Positions 9,223 through 21,606 of a stretch of DNA of 22,556 nucleotides are shown one piece after another. Position numbers and translations under genes: made by a program. Source of the stretch: Nitrospinota bacterium (lineage in GTDB: Bacteria; Nitrospinota; Nitrospinia; Nitrospinales; VA-1). Position 1 is the first letter of the stretch; each line of letters opens with the position of its first letter. Location: the NCBI GenBank assembly GCA_038108555.1, contig JAYNIA010000042.1, positions 1,279 through 23,834 on the forward strand. Reading direction: 5' to 3'. A model generated the notes under the pieces. It was not told the origin of the DNA. It was given only the letters and a program-made list of their open reading frames with translations, and made no database searches.

Positions 9223-9272
9223 CCTCCCCTCTCATGAGGGGAGGCAAGGCGTAGCCGCGGAGGGGTGTGGAT
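9223..9272 (+). repeat. Hairpin + mirror G-tail repeat, copy 3 (with mini-hairpin in linker)
   Basis: CCTCCCCTC-TCAT-GAGGGGAGG (9-bp stem), linker containing GGC-GTA-GCC, mirror tract GGAGGGG, ending TGTGGAT. Confidence 0.75.
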
Positions 9273-9308
9273 TACACCCATTTATTTTTTGAGGAAATAA
9301 AAAAAAAC

Positions 9309-9349
9309 ATCCAACCCTCCCCCGTCCCCTCCCTATGAAGGGAGGGGAG
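9309..9349 (-). repeat. Hairpin + mirror G-tail repeat, copy 4 (left inverted repeat of the DUF559 gene)
   Basis: ATCCAACCCTCCCCCGTCCCCTCCCTATGAAGGGAGGGGAG; 10-bp stem 9325-9348; 38/41 identical to the reverse complement of 9744-9784. Confidence 0.92.
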
Positions 9350-9360
9350 ATATTTGTCCA

Positions 9361-9735
9361 TCAACCTCCATTGTCATTGGGAGGTAATTTTTTTAAAATT
9401 TCTTCTAAAACTCCATCAATGTTTTCATAAACCTCATCATTGGTGAAACGAAGAAATTTGATTCCAAGTTTTTCGATAAATTCTTGACGAGCTTTATCTG
9501 CGTGGGTTGCTGTGTCAGTGAAATGAGAATCCCCATCGACTTCAATGGCGAGTTTAGCTTTTGGGCAGTAAAAATCTAAAATATAATTTTTGACACTGTA
9601 TTGCCTACGAAAAACATAACCCTGCACTTGCTTGTTGCGTAATACCTGCCACAAAGCGACTTCAGCGGGAGGCATTTGCTTGCGCAAAGACTTTCTTCTG
9701 TCTTTCACCGAACTTTTGTTAAATATCTTTGCCAT
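9361..9735 (-). CDS. DUF559 / Vsr-like endonuclease domain protein
   Basis: RKSLRKQMPPAEVALWQVLR..FRRQY..YILDFYCPKAKLAIEVDGDSH..DKARQEFIEKLGIKFLRFTNDEV is the DUF559 signature. Confidence 0.93.
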   Translation of the reverse strand: MAKIFNKSSVKDRRKSLRKQMPPAEVALWQVLRNKQVQGYVFRRQYSVKNYILDFYCPKAKLAIEVDGDSHFTDTATHADKARQEFIEKLGIKFLRFTNDEVYENIDGVLEEILKKLPPNDNGG

Positions 9736-9743
9736 TTATAAAA

Positions 9744-9784
9744 CTCCACTCCCTTAATAGGGAGGGGGCGGGGGAGGGTTGGAT
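9744..9784 (+). repeat. Hairpin + mirror G-tail repeat, copy 5 (right inverted repeat of the DUF559 gene)
   Basis: CTCCACTCCCT-TAAT-AGGGAGGGGG-C-GGGGGAGGG-TTGGAT; perfect mirror GGGAGGGGG/GGGGGAGGG. Confidence 0.92.
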
Positions 9785-9914
9785 TTAAAATAAAAGTTAC
9801 CTCAAAGCTTACTTCGAAAACATGACAATCATTAATAAATTTTAATAAAAATCATCATTAACTTTTAAATATTCCATGCTTAAATACCCATACCAATTTA
9901 ATCGGGCGGCAGAT

Positions 9915-10259
9915 ATGAAAATACTTCAAAAACAACTTTTTGTTCAAGCCAAAATTTCACTAGTCATTTTTTTGTCCCTCTTTTTAACAGCACAACCGGC
10001 ACTGGCAAATGAAGTTTTACCTGAGGACATAGCTGAAGATAAAATTGAGAATAATTCAAATGAAAATAATTGCCAACAGGTTGAAGAAAATGAAAATGAG
10101 GAGTTCGATCCTGATGATCAATCATATGGGTCAAATAAGGGTTGCTCCAAAATCAACGCAAAAAATGTAGCAGTCGTTTTTTTGAAAGTTTTAGCAACTC
10201 TGCCTGTCTGGGTAGGTACCTTATTCCTTATCAGCCTTGATCCGGATCATAATCATTAA
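9915..10259 (+). CDS. Hypothetical exported/membrane-anchored acidic protein (ORF track starts at 9876)
   Basis: From ATG 9915: signal-peptide-like segment ending AQPALA, Glu/Asn-rich middle with two Cys, C-terminal hydrophobic helix. Confidence 0.6.
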   Translation: MKILQKQLFVQAKISLVIFLSLFLTAQPALANEVLPEDIAEDKIENNSNENNCQQVEENENEEFDPDDQSYGSNKGCSKINAKNVAVVFLKVLATLPVWVGTLFLISLDPDHNH

Positions 10260-10284
10260 AATATTTCAGCCAGCGGTTCGCCGG

Positions 10285-11178
10285 TTAATGTGCGGAAGCT
10301 GAAGAACCGGAAAGAATCTGGTTGATTTTGAGTGTGGAGACGATGTGGGTATCCATGCCCAGTTGCGTCGGTGTGTAACCCAGCGCAAGGGCCACCAGTT
10401 GTGGCAGGTGAAGGATGGGAATGGACTGGTTTTTCTTTTGCAATAATTCGATTTCCGGCTGGTAGGAATCGAGACTCAGGTGACACAACGGACATCCCGT
10501 CGCAATCACATCGGCACCGTTGTCAATGGCATCCTGCAACGCATTGCCGGACATTCCCAACGATGCGTCTTTATTCATCATCACAATTGGGAACCCGCAA
10601 CATTTTACACGGCTGGGATAATAGACCGGCGTCGCACCGAGTGCTGCAAAGATATCTTCCATTTCCGTGGGGTTGTCGGGATTTTCATAATCCGATCTCT
10701 CAGACGGACGCAGAACATAGCAGCCGTAAAACGCAGCGACTTTCAAACCGGTCAACGGTTTTTTGATGCGGGCTTTCAGCCTCGCCATACCCTCTTCGGT
10801 TGCGAGGATATTGGCAAAATGTTTGATTTTGGTTTTACCGTTGTACTGGTGTCCGCCTTCTTCCAGGATGTCGTTGACTTTTTCCTTGTACTCTTTACTT
10901 TCATTGAGATACGCTTCGGTTTTTTTCAACGTTCCCTGACAGGTGGAACAAATGGTGACAATATCCAGATTCTGTTTTTCGGCGATGGAAAACGAACGTG
11001 CGTTCAGGGCATCTGCCAATAAAGGACTTTTTTCAGAAACCACTCCTGCGCCACAGCAGGATGCGGCTTTCATTTCCACAAATTCAAAACCCAGACCTTC
11101 AGCAGCCTTGGTGGTGGAGAGCATCAACTCCCGGGTCGCCCCCTTGGCGACACAACCTGTAAAAAGGGCGAACTTCAT
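10285..11178 (-). CDS. CCG-domain (HdrB-like) subunit of type E succinate dehydrogenase/fumarate reductase
   Basis: Two CCG repeats: FTGC..ASCCGAG..TICSTC and FYGC..VKCCGFP..TGCPLC; overlaps the sdhB stop. Confidence 0.9.
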   Translation of the reverse strand: MKFALFTGCVAKGATRELMLSTTKAAEGLGFEFVEMKAASCCGAGVVSEKSPLLADALNARSFSIAEKQNLDIVTICSTCQGTLKKTEAYLNESKEYKEKVNDILEEGGHQYNGKTKIKHFANILATEEGMARLKARIKKPLTGLKVAAFYGCYVLRPSERSDYENPDNPTEMEDIFAALGATPVYYPSRVKCCGFPIVMMNKDASLGMSGNALQDAIDNGADVIATGCPLCHLSLDSYQPEIELLQKKNQSIPILHLPQLVALALGYTPTQLGMDTHIVSTLKINQILSGSSASAH

Positions 11179-12116
11179 TGATTCAACTCCTTGAAAATAC
11201 GTTTGACGTCATCAACCTCTTCAATCGATTTGTGAAAGATCGGTGGAATTTTTCCTTTGAGCAGCATTCGGAGACCAATGGGAATCAGTCCCAACAATCC
11301 GGGGATATTAAAAATACCGACTGACTCGGGGGCGATCCTGTTTTCATTAAGAAGACCACTCCTTTTAACCGAGTTGGTGAACGACAGTGCGTGGCGTGCG
11401 CCGTTATTGTTATGCACTCCCTTTTCCAATGCCACGGTCATGATTTCCTTGATGCGATCGAATGGACGCGCCGGTTTCGGACAGCGTTCCACACATTCGG
11501 CGCAGTGAGTACAGTCCCAAATTCCTCCCGGCTCACTCAGGTCCTGCACCCGTTGCATGGTTTTAGAGTCGCGGGAGTCGCTAACAAAGCGTTGCGCTTT
11601 TGCCAGTGCAGCCGGCCCGAGAAAGTTGTCATCCACTTCCAGGGTGTTACAGTCTGAATAACAGGCCCCGCACATAATGCAGGTACTGGAGTCGTCGATG
11701 AGTCGAAACTGTTCCGGCGACTGTTGTCTTTCCTTTTCCGGAGGTTCTTCTTTCGGTTCCAGATACGGTTTAATTTTATTAACCTTGTCCCAGAACGGAG
11801 TGAAATCGACCACGAGGTCTTTGACCGGTTTCATATTCCCAAGCGGTTCCAGGGTGATCGTATCGTCATCCTGCAACAGGTGCTCTCCCTGGCGTTGGCA
11901 GGCCAGCAAAGCGTGGCCGTTTGCTTTAACGGCACAGGAACCACAGATGGCACTGCGACAGGACATCCGGTAGGAAAGGCTGCCATCCAGCTTCCATTTA
12001 ATTTCATTCATACAGTCCAGAAGAGTCGCCCCATGGGGAATATCCAACTGGAACTCTTCGAAATAAGGTTCGGGTTGCTTTTCCGGATTGAACCGCTTGA
12101 TCCTGAATGTTGCCAT
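11175..12116 (-). CDS. sdhB: Succinate dehydrogenase/fumarate reductase iron-sulfur subunit
   Basis: [25 protein letters not shown] and [11 protein letters not shown] cluster motifs. Confidence 0.95.
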   Translation of the reverse strand: MATFRIKRFNPEKQPEPYFEEFQLDIPHGATLLDCMNEIKWKLDGSLSYRMSCRSAICGSCAVKANGHALLACQRQGEHLLQDDDTITLEPLGNMKPVKDLVVDFTPFWDKVNKIKPYLEPKEEPPEKERQQSPEQFRLIDDSSTCIMCGACYSDCNTLEVDDNFLGPAALAKAQRFVSDSRDSKTMQRVQDLSEPGGIWDCTHCAECVERCPKPARPFDRIKEIMTVALEKGVHNNNGARHALSFTNSVKRSGLLNENRIAPESVGIFNIPGLLGLIPIGLRMLLKGKIPPIFHKSIEEVDDVKRIFKELNQ

Positions 12117-13825
12117 TAATATTTTCTTTCTTCAGGTTGATATTTTGTGATCACCACCGGTTTGGTTTTTATTTCCAATCCATCCGGTGTGCCATAAACC
12201 ATGGAATGGTGCAGAAACTTGTCATCGTCGCGTTTCGGGAAGTCGGTGCGAAAATGTCCACCGCGACTTTCCTGGCGTCTCAATGCTGCTGTAGCAATCA
12301 AACTCGCCATACCCAGCATATTCCCCAATTCTATGATTTCATAAATTTCAGTATTGAACAGCTTACCCTTATCCGTTACTTTACCTTTTTGGAACCGTAC
12401 CTTCAGGTCTTTAAGGGTTTCAATGCAGGCTTTCAGTCTTTCTTCATCGCGAAAAACACCGCATTTGGTCATCATGACTTCTTTCATTTCGTTTCGAATG
12501 TCATTGTAACTTTCGCTTCCATCTCTTTGGAAAATATCCTCAAACTTCTTCAGGACCCTTGCTTTTTCCTGGCCCTCGTTTACATTCCCAAAATCTTTTC
12601 CCCGGGCATATTCGAGGACAGATTTACCCGCACGTTCGCCAAACACCACGGCATCGAGAAGGGAATTTGTTCCCAGCCGATTTCCGCCATGAACGGAAAC
12701 ACAGGCACATTCACCCGCCGCGAAAAACCCATTCATCCGGGTTCCCTCTGAGTCCAGTTGAACATGGCAACCCTTATCTACAGGGATGCCTCCCATCGAG
12801 TAATGAGCTGTGGGTTGGATAGGTAAAGGGTCGGTAATACAGTCGACACCAATGAAGTCGATTCCCAATTGCCTGATTTGCGGCAAGCGTTCCATGATTC
12901 GCGCTTCGCCCAAATGTCGAAGGTCAAGGTGGATACAGTCTTCGCCGTTGACGCCGCGTCCCGCATCCATTTCACTTTGTTCGGCACGCGCTACAATATC
13001 GCGTGGAGCCAACTCCATTCGTGAAGGAGCATAGGCTTCCATGAACCGTTCGCCTTTGCCATTTAAAAGATAGCCACCTTCTCCCCGGGCCGCTTCAGAA
13101 AACAAAATGCCCTGCCGGTAAAGTCCGGAGGGATGAAACTGTACAAACTCGGGATCTTCAATTGGAATTCCCACTTCAAAAGCGGCCATAACCCCATCTG
13201 CGGTCCCGGCAAAAGCGTTGGAAGTGATTTTGAATACGCGTCCATATCCTCCGGTTGCAAACACGACCGCTTTTGCCCGAATAACTTCAACTTCTCCAGT
13301 TTGAATATTACTGACAACCACTCCGTTACAGCGGTCGCCATCAATCACCAGGGAATGCATGTACCATTCATTATAAATTTTTACCGACTTGGAGTTTTTC
13401 ATCAATTGCTCATGGAGAGCATGCAGAATAGCGTGACCGGTTCGGTCCGCAGAGAAACAGGCGCGGGGTTTGGAATGGCCCCCAAAAGCCCGTTGAGCTA
13501 TCTTTCCTTCCGGGGTACGGCTGAAAACGCAACCCATGTGTTCCAGTTCGTAGATGACTCGGGGAGCTGCCTTGACATATTCCTCAACAGCATCCTGATC
13601 ATTTAGGAAATCACCGCCCTTGACGGTATCGTACATATGCTCTTCCCAACTGTCCGGCTCGGAGTTCCCAAGGGAAGCCGCAATTCCACCCTGGGCTGCC
13701 CCGGAATGCGAGCGAGAGGGGTAAACCTTGGTCAATACACCGACATCGAGCTCTTTACAAACTTCAAGGGCACAGCGCATTCCTGCAAGGCCGGCACCTA
13801 CGATCACCACATCATGTTCGATCAC
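12116..13825 (-). CDS. sdhA: Succinate dehydrogenase/fumarate reductase flavoprotein subunit
   Basis: [17 protein letters not shown] (FAD-His), [35 protein letters not shown] start with GAGG SD. Confidence 0.96.
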   Translation of the reverse strand: MIEHDVVIVGAGLAGMRCALEVCKELDVGVLTKVYPSRSHSGAAQGGIAASLGNSEPDSWEEHMYDTVKGGDFLNDQDAVEEYVKAAPRVIYELEHMGCVFSRTPEGKIAQRAFGGHSKPRACFSADRTGHAILHALHEQLMKNSKSVKIYNEWYMHSLVIDGDRCNGVVVSNIQTGEVEVIRAKAVVFATGGYGRVFKITSNAFAGTADGVMAAFEVGIPIEDPEFVQFHPSGLYRQGILFSEAARGEGGYLLNGKGERFMEAYAPSRMELAPRDIVARAEQSEMDAGRGVNGEDCIHLDLRHLGEARIMERLPQIRQLGIDFIGVDCITDPLPIQPTAHYSMGGIPVDKGCHVQLDSEGTRMNGFFAAGECACVSVHGGNRLGTNSLLDAVVFGERAGKSVLEYARGKDFGNVNEGQEKARVLKKFEDIFQRDGSESYNDIRNEMKEVMMTKCGVFRDEERLKACIETLKDLKVRFQKGKVTDKGKLFNTEIYEIIELGNMLGMASLIATAALRRQESRGGHFRTDFPKRDDDKFLHHSMVYGTPDGLEIKTKPVVITKYQPEERKY

Positions 13826-14076
13826 AAAAACACCTCAAAACGGGGCAGATATTTTAATTCCAAACCATGACAGTTTATAAACTCAGTGCCCAGATCGAGC
13901 CTCGCTGTCATCCTTCAATCCAGCCCCCCTTGGACATGAAAACCTTTGAAAAATCTAAGAAAACTTAGTTGGGTTTCGTTCGGAGAGATTGTCGGTCGGG
14001 GCGGTAACCGGATATAAAATCGAGGAGGAATTTAAACATTTCCCTCCCTCCAAAGTCAAGCAAAATGAAATTGGGG

Positions 14077-14105
14077 TTGCAAAACACCGGCCAGCCCATC
14101 ATAAT
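14077..14105 (+). promoter_or_regulatory. Possible sigma70 promoter for the DEAD-box helicase
   Basis: TTGCAA-N17-CATAAT. Confidence 0.45.
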
Positions 14106-14254
14106 AACCTCTGCCAGATAAATTGAGCAGCAAGCTATTGAAATTTAAGGCCTCCCTCCTATAAATGCCGATGGCAAAAATTAATTTTTCAAAGGTAGTT
14201 TTCCCTTGAATCTTAACTATTTCCCGCAACCAAAGGAACGACTGGAGTTTTCAT

Positions 14255-15556
14255 TTGGAACTCATTAATTTTGAAGCCTTACCCCTTCCCGAACCCGTCT
14301 TGAAAGGAATCCGTGCTGCGGAGTTCAAAACCTGCACTCCCATTCAGAGCAAATCTTTTCCTATCACCCTGGCGAAGAAAGATCTCGCAGGTCAGGCACA
14401 AACCGGAACCGGAAAAACCGCAGCCTTTCTTATAACTCTTTTGACCCGTTTGACAGAAAACAAACCCGATCCCGCTCCCAAAGGAAGGGAAGGTCCTCGC
14501 GCATTGATCCTGGCACCCACTAGAGAGCTCGCACGACAAATCGAAAAAGACGCCATGTTACTGGGAAAATATTGTGGCTTTAAATCTGCCTGCATCATTG
14601 GAGGCGTCGACTATGAAAAACAGCGAAATCAAATCAAATCCGGAGTGGATATTCTCATCGCTACACCGGGGCGATTGATTGATTTTTACAAACAAAAGTT
14701 CTTCAGCCTGAAACGAATTGAAGTACTGGTCGTTGACGAAGCCGACCGTATGTTCGATATGGGATTCATTCAAGACCTGCGTTACCTCTTCCGCAGTTGC
14801 TCCCCCTACCACAAGAGACAGACCATGTTATTTTCCGCAACTCTCAATTACAGAGTCATGGAGCTCTGTTATGAGCATATGAACAATCCGGTCAAAGTAG
14901 TGATTGAACCAGAGAAGGCCGTCGTCGATGAAATCAAGCAGTCGCTTTACCATGTAGGACAACATGAAAAATTCAACCTTTTACTGGGATTGTTAAAAAG
15001 GGAAGAAGGCGAAAAAATACTGATTTTTTGCAACACCAAGATTGAAGCGGAACAGCTGGAATGGAAACTGAATAACAATGGATACAACGCGGGACAAATA
15101 AGCGGAGACCTGCACCAGAAAGCACGCATTAAGGTATTGGAGGATTTCCAGAAAGGAAATATCTGCATCCTGATTGCTACCGATGTGGCTTCACGTGGAA
15201 TCCACGTGGATGATATCACCCACGTCATAAACTACGACCTTCCCCAGGATGCGGAAGATTATGTCCATCGAATCGGCCGGACAGCAAGGGCAGGGAAAAA
15301 AGGAACGGCTATTACTTTATGTTGTGAGGATTTTGCGCAGCATCTGGAACGTGTAGAAATTTATCTGAAAAAGAAAATTCCCGTCTCATGGGCTGAAGAA
15401 GAATTATTCCTGAAAGAAAAAGCAGGAAAACCGCCGGAAAGGAAGCGTCGTCGCCCACCCGCACCGAAAGCCAAATCCAATTCCAACAATCGTCCGCGCA
15501 ACTCAAAAAGACCTCAGCGAAGACGACCTCCCTCCAGAGCCCGGTCAACGTCTTAG
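14255..15556 (+). CDS. rhlB: DEAD-box ATP-dependent RNA helicase, RhlB-like
   Basis: AGQAQTGTGKT, PTRELA, DEADRMFDMGF, LFSATLNYRVMELCYEHMNNP (RhlB-like), HRIGRTARAG; basic C-terminal tail; TTG start with GGAG SD. Confidence 0.85.
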   Translation: MELINFEALPLPEPVLKGIRAAEFKTCTPIQSKSFPITLAKKDLAGQAQTGTGKTAAFLITLLTRLTENKPDPAPKGREGPRALILAPTRELARQIEKDAMLLGKYCGFKSACIIGGVDYEKQRNQIKSGVDILIATPGRLIDFYKQKFFSLKRIEVLVVDEADRMFDMGFIQDLRYLFRSCSPYHKRQTMLFSATLNYRVMELCYEHMNNPVKVVIEPEKAVVDEIKQSLYHVGQHEKFNLLLGLLKREEGEKILIFCNTKIEAEQLEWKLNNNGYNAGQISGDLHQKARIKVLEDFQKGNICILIATDVASRGIHVDDITHVINYDLPQDAEDYVHRIGRTARAGKKGTAITLCCEDFAQHLERVEIYLKKKIPVSWAEEELFLKEKAGKPPERKRRRPPAPKAKSNSNNRPRNSKRPQRRRPPSRARSTS

Positions 15557-15561
15557 AAATT

Positions 15562-19000
<3,439 letters not shown>

Positions 19001-19018
19001 TTATTTAAAGAGAGGTGT

Positions 19019-20494
19019 CTATGAACCTGCCTTAACGGCAATATAAATCGTGGTTCCCTGCCTTTTAACAAGGAAAAGAACCGATGCATCTTTTTTAACC
19101 GACATCAACAAACGTTGATAATCTGCCAAACTTTTTACAGGGGCACGATTCATTTCTGCAATAACATCGCTCCGGCGTAATCCCGCTTCTGCAGCTGCTC
19201 CACCCGGAGTAACATCCGATACAAGCACACCTTCACTATCTTCCAATTGAAGGCTTTGAGCCAGTTCCGGAGTAATATCCTGAACCTGCATTCCCAAAGG
19301 ATCAGCCTTTGCAACAGCAGTGGTCTGATTGTCTTTTAAGACTTCAATTTTTACCCTCAAAGTTTTTGAAGAACCATCGCGAATCACTTCCACATCGACC
19401 ATCGAATTGGGAGTAGTTGCAGCAACTATTTTTGGCAGGTCCTCCATATCTTTTACCTCCTGGCCATCAAACTTTACAATGACATCGCCGCGCTTGACCC
19501 CACCCTTGAATGCAGGCCCATCGGGTATGACATCGCCCACCAGGGCTCCCTGGCTCTCTTCAAGACCAAAAGTTTTGGCAAGTTCCGGAGTGATTTTTTG
19601 GATCATTACCCCCAGCCAACCCCGGGTCACTGATCCTTTTTCCTTCAGGTCCTGCAAAATTCCCTTGGCAATATTGATTGGGATGGCAAATCCGATCCCA
19701 ACATTTCCACCGGTGTTTCCGGAAATAATGGCAGTGTTGATTCCTATAACCTCTCCCTCGATATTGATTAAGGGACCTCCGCTGTTTCCAGGGTTGATCG
19801 AGGCATCGGTCTGGATAAATTCATCGTAGGGGCCTGCACCAATGCTTCTTCCCAAAGCACTGACAACACCTACGGTAACGGTATGACTTAAACCAAATGG
19901 GTTTCCAATGGCAACCACCCACTCGCCAACTTCCAGATGTTCTGAGCTTCCCAATTTCAAATAGGGGAATTCACCAGGCGTATTCTCATCGCGATTTATT
20001 TTAATTAGCGCAATATCCGTTTTTGAATCCGAACCAATCAGGGTCGCGGAATATTCCTTTTCGCTCTCATTTTCTTCAATTAAAACAACAATCTCATCCG
20101 CATCTTCGACCACATGATAGTTGGTGAGAATATGACCTTCTTTATCAATTATAAATCCCGAACCCATACCCTGTTTTGGTTTTTGGTTAGGTCGCTCACC
20201 AAAAAATCGGTCGTAAAAATCGCGGAACGGATCGGGGGATCGCCCCTGACCCGGTCCAGGTCGACTTCCACCGGGACTCCCAAAATTTCTGTGGGCATTT
20301 TCCCTTTTTGATTTGGTGCTGACATTAACAACTGCCGGATTGAGTTTTTTAGCAATATCTACGAACAAATTGCTTGAGAGGGGTTGTGCAGCGCTGCTCA
20401 ATGCAAAGGTATTGTTTGGGATAAAAACCAAAGTAAGAATAAAAAGGAAAATTGCGCCAGTAGAACGAAATAGAAGATGAAAAGATTTGTGCAT
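19019..20494 (-). CDS. HtrA/DegP/DegQ (Do-family) periplasmic serine protease with two PDZ domains
   Basis: TNYHV, TDIAL, NPGNSGGPL; signal peptide; RGWLGV PDZ1 and LGMQVQ PDZ2. Confidence 0.95.
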   Translation of the reverse strand: MHKSFHLLFRSTGAIFLFILTLVFIPNNTFALSSAAQPLSSNLFVDIAKKLNPAVVNVSTKSKRENAHRNFGSPGGSRPGPGQGRSPDPFRDFYDRFFGERPNQKPKQGMGSGFIIDKEGHILTNYHVVEDADEIVVLIEENESEKEYSATLIGSDSKTDIALIKINRDENTPGEFPYLKLGSSEHLEVGEWVVAIGNPFGLSHTVTVGVVSALGRSIGAGPYDEFIQTDASINPGNSGGPLINIEGEVIGINTAIISGNTGGNVGIGFAIPINIAKGILQDLKEKGSVTRGWLGVMIQKITPELAKTFGLEESQGALVGDVIPDGPAFKGGVKRGDVIVKFDGQEVKDMEDLPKIVAATTPNSMVDVEVIRDGSSKTLRVKIEVLKDNQTTAVAKADPLGMQVQDITPELAQSLQLEDSEGVLVSDVTPGGAAAEAGLRRSDVIAEMNRAPVKSLADYQRLLMSVKKDASVLFLVKRQGTTIYIAVKAGS

Positions 20495-20805
20495 TTTTAT
20501 TAACCCTCAATTAAACGAGCTTAAAAATTATTTTCGCATATAAATCATCTGTGCTTGGGAATTCTTTTAATAAACACATATGCTTATATCAACCTTATTT
20601 GGTGGATATTAATTTGTAGTTAAATGGAGATTAAAAATTTTTAATCCAGGCAATGATTACCCTAATTAATAATCCAACTTAAATAGCGGACATTTGAAGG
20701 GAAAAAAGAGAAATCCTAGTGATTATATAATGCTTTTTTCGCTATTTACAACCTCAAAACCTTCCACGGCAGATTCCTGTCCAAAGTTTAATTTTCTATT
20801 TGGTA

Positions 20806-20834
20806 TTGACTCAAAATTGCAGATAAATGATAAT
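20806..20834 (+). promoter_or_regulatory. Possible sigma70 promoter for the DUF2065-lipoprotein-hda run
   Basis: TTGACT-N17-GATAAT. Confidence 0.5.
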
Positions 20835-20959
20835 CGAGCAGAATATAGGCCCTCCTAATGACCGCTACCATCGGTTAATACGAGTCCGTTGAAAAAGCAT
20901 AGTTTCTAATTGGTCATAAATTACCTTTTAAATGGTAAAAAACAAATTCTTGCCGGGTT

Positions 20960-21154
20960 ATGAGTCTTTTTCTTTCCGCATTGGGTTTAATGATGGTTTT
21001 CGAGGGCATCCCCTACTTTTGCTTCCCAGAAAAAATGAAGTTGTATATGCAACAATTGCTTGAGTTACCTGATTCGGTTTTAAGAGTAGCGGGTTTTTTT
21101 CTAATGATGACGGGATTACTGGTTGTGTATTTAGGAGGGGCAAAAAATGGTTAA
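20960..21154 (+). CDS. DUF2065 (YjeT-like) small membrane protein
   Basis: ALGLMMVFEGIPYFCFPEKMK..LPDSVLRVAG pattern with two TM helices. Confidence 0.88.
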   Translation: MSLFLSALGLMMVFEGIPYFCFPEKMKLYMQQLLELPDSVLRVAGFFLMMTGLLVVYLGGAKNG

Positions 21155-21578
21155 ACCTGCCACACTTTATTTGATCTTAATACTAATGTTCTCCGGGTGC
21201 GCTGAATGGGATTTAGGCCTGAACAAAAAGAAAGATGGCCCGCCCGCACCCCCACCACCCCCTCCAACCGCTTACCCCTTTTCGGATATTCCTGTGCCTT
21301 CAAATTTTTCTCAGGACCATTCAAGATCATTTATTTATGAATCGGGATCAGGTTCGGTCAAAGTAGGGAGGCTCGTTTATACCGGATGGGAAAGCCTGGA
21401 AAACACCATTAAATTCTTTCAAAATGAAATGGTGAATAACGGATGGACTCTGGTCAATTCCATAAAGCATGACAGTTACACCCTGAATTATGAAAAGGAG
21501 GGTTGGGCAAGCTCGGTCAACATAACCACAAACCTGGGAAGAAGAACCACGGTAGAAATTCAGGCCGGCCCCAAATAA
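21147..21578 (+). CDS. Hypothetical lipoprotein
   Basis: Lipobox MFSGC, polyproline linker, SD AGGAGG. Confidence 0.82.
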   Translation: MVKPATLYLILILMFSGCAEWDLGLNKKKDGPPAPPPPPPTAYPFSDIPVPSNFSQDHSRSFIYESGSGSVKVGRLVYTGWESLENTIKFFQNEMVNNGWTLVNSIKHDSYTLNYEKEGWASSVNITTNLGRRTTVEIQAGPK

Positions 21579-21606
21579 AAGGGCATTTTATGGAGAACAA
21601 ATAACC

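Larger units (their letters stand above)
9309..9784 (-). mobile_element. Candidate REPtron-like unit: DUF559 nuclease gene between 41-bp inverted structured repeats
   Basis: Inverted repeats lie 11 nt from the stop and 8 nt from the start of the gene. The gene is about 38% GC by hand count and visibly more AT-rich than the sdh and SLC13 genes. No target-site duplication seen; mobility is inferred. Confidence 0.5.

Noticed and set aside
9057..9281. 74-aa minus-strand ORF upstream of SLC13
   Set aside because: It is a translation of repeat copy 3 running out of frame into SLC13; no coding signal.
7515..9784. CRISPR array or integron attC interpretation of the repeats
   Set aside because: Repeats are inverted and irregularly spaced, with no constant spacers, cas genes, integrase or RYYYAAC/GTTRRRY boxes.
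9295..9795. AAATAAAA on both sides of the DUF559 unit as a target-site duplication
   Set aside because: Not directly adjacent, at unequal distances from the repeats, and expected by chance in AT-rich DNA.
13826..14254. 430-nt sdhA/rhlB divergent region as an ncRNA or riboswitch
   Set aside because: Only weak stems and a poor minus-strand -10 after TTGACT (14059-14054); no recognisable RNA family.
20495..20959. AT-rich intergenic region near an Hda/DnaA-family gene as oriC; TTGACTCAA palindrome shared with 3006
   Set aside because: No clustered TTATCCACA DnaA boxes seen and the protein is Hda-like rather than DnaA. The 9-mer is adequately explained as a -35 box.
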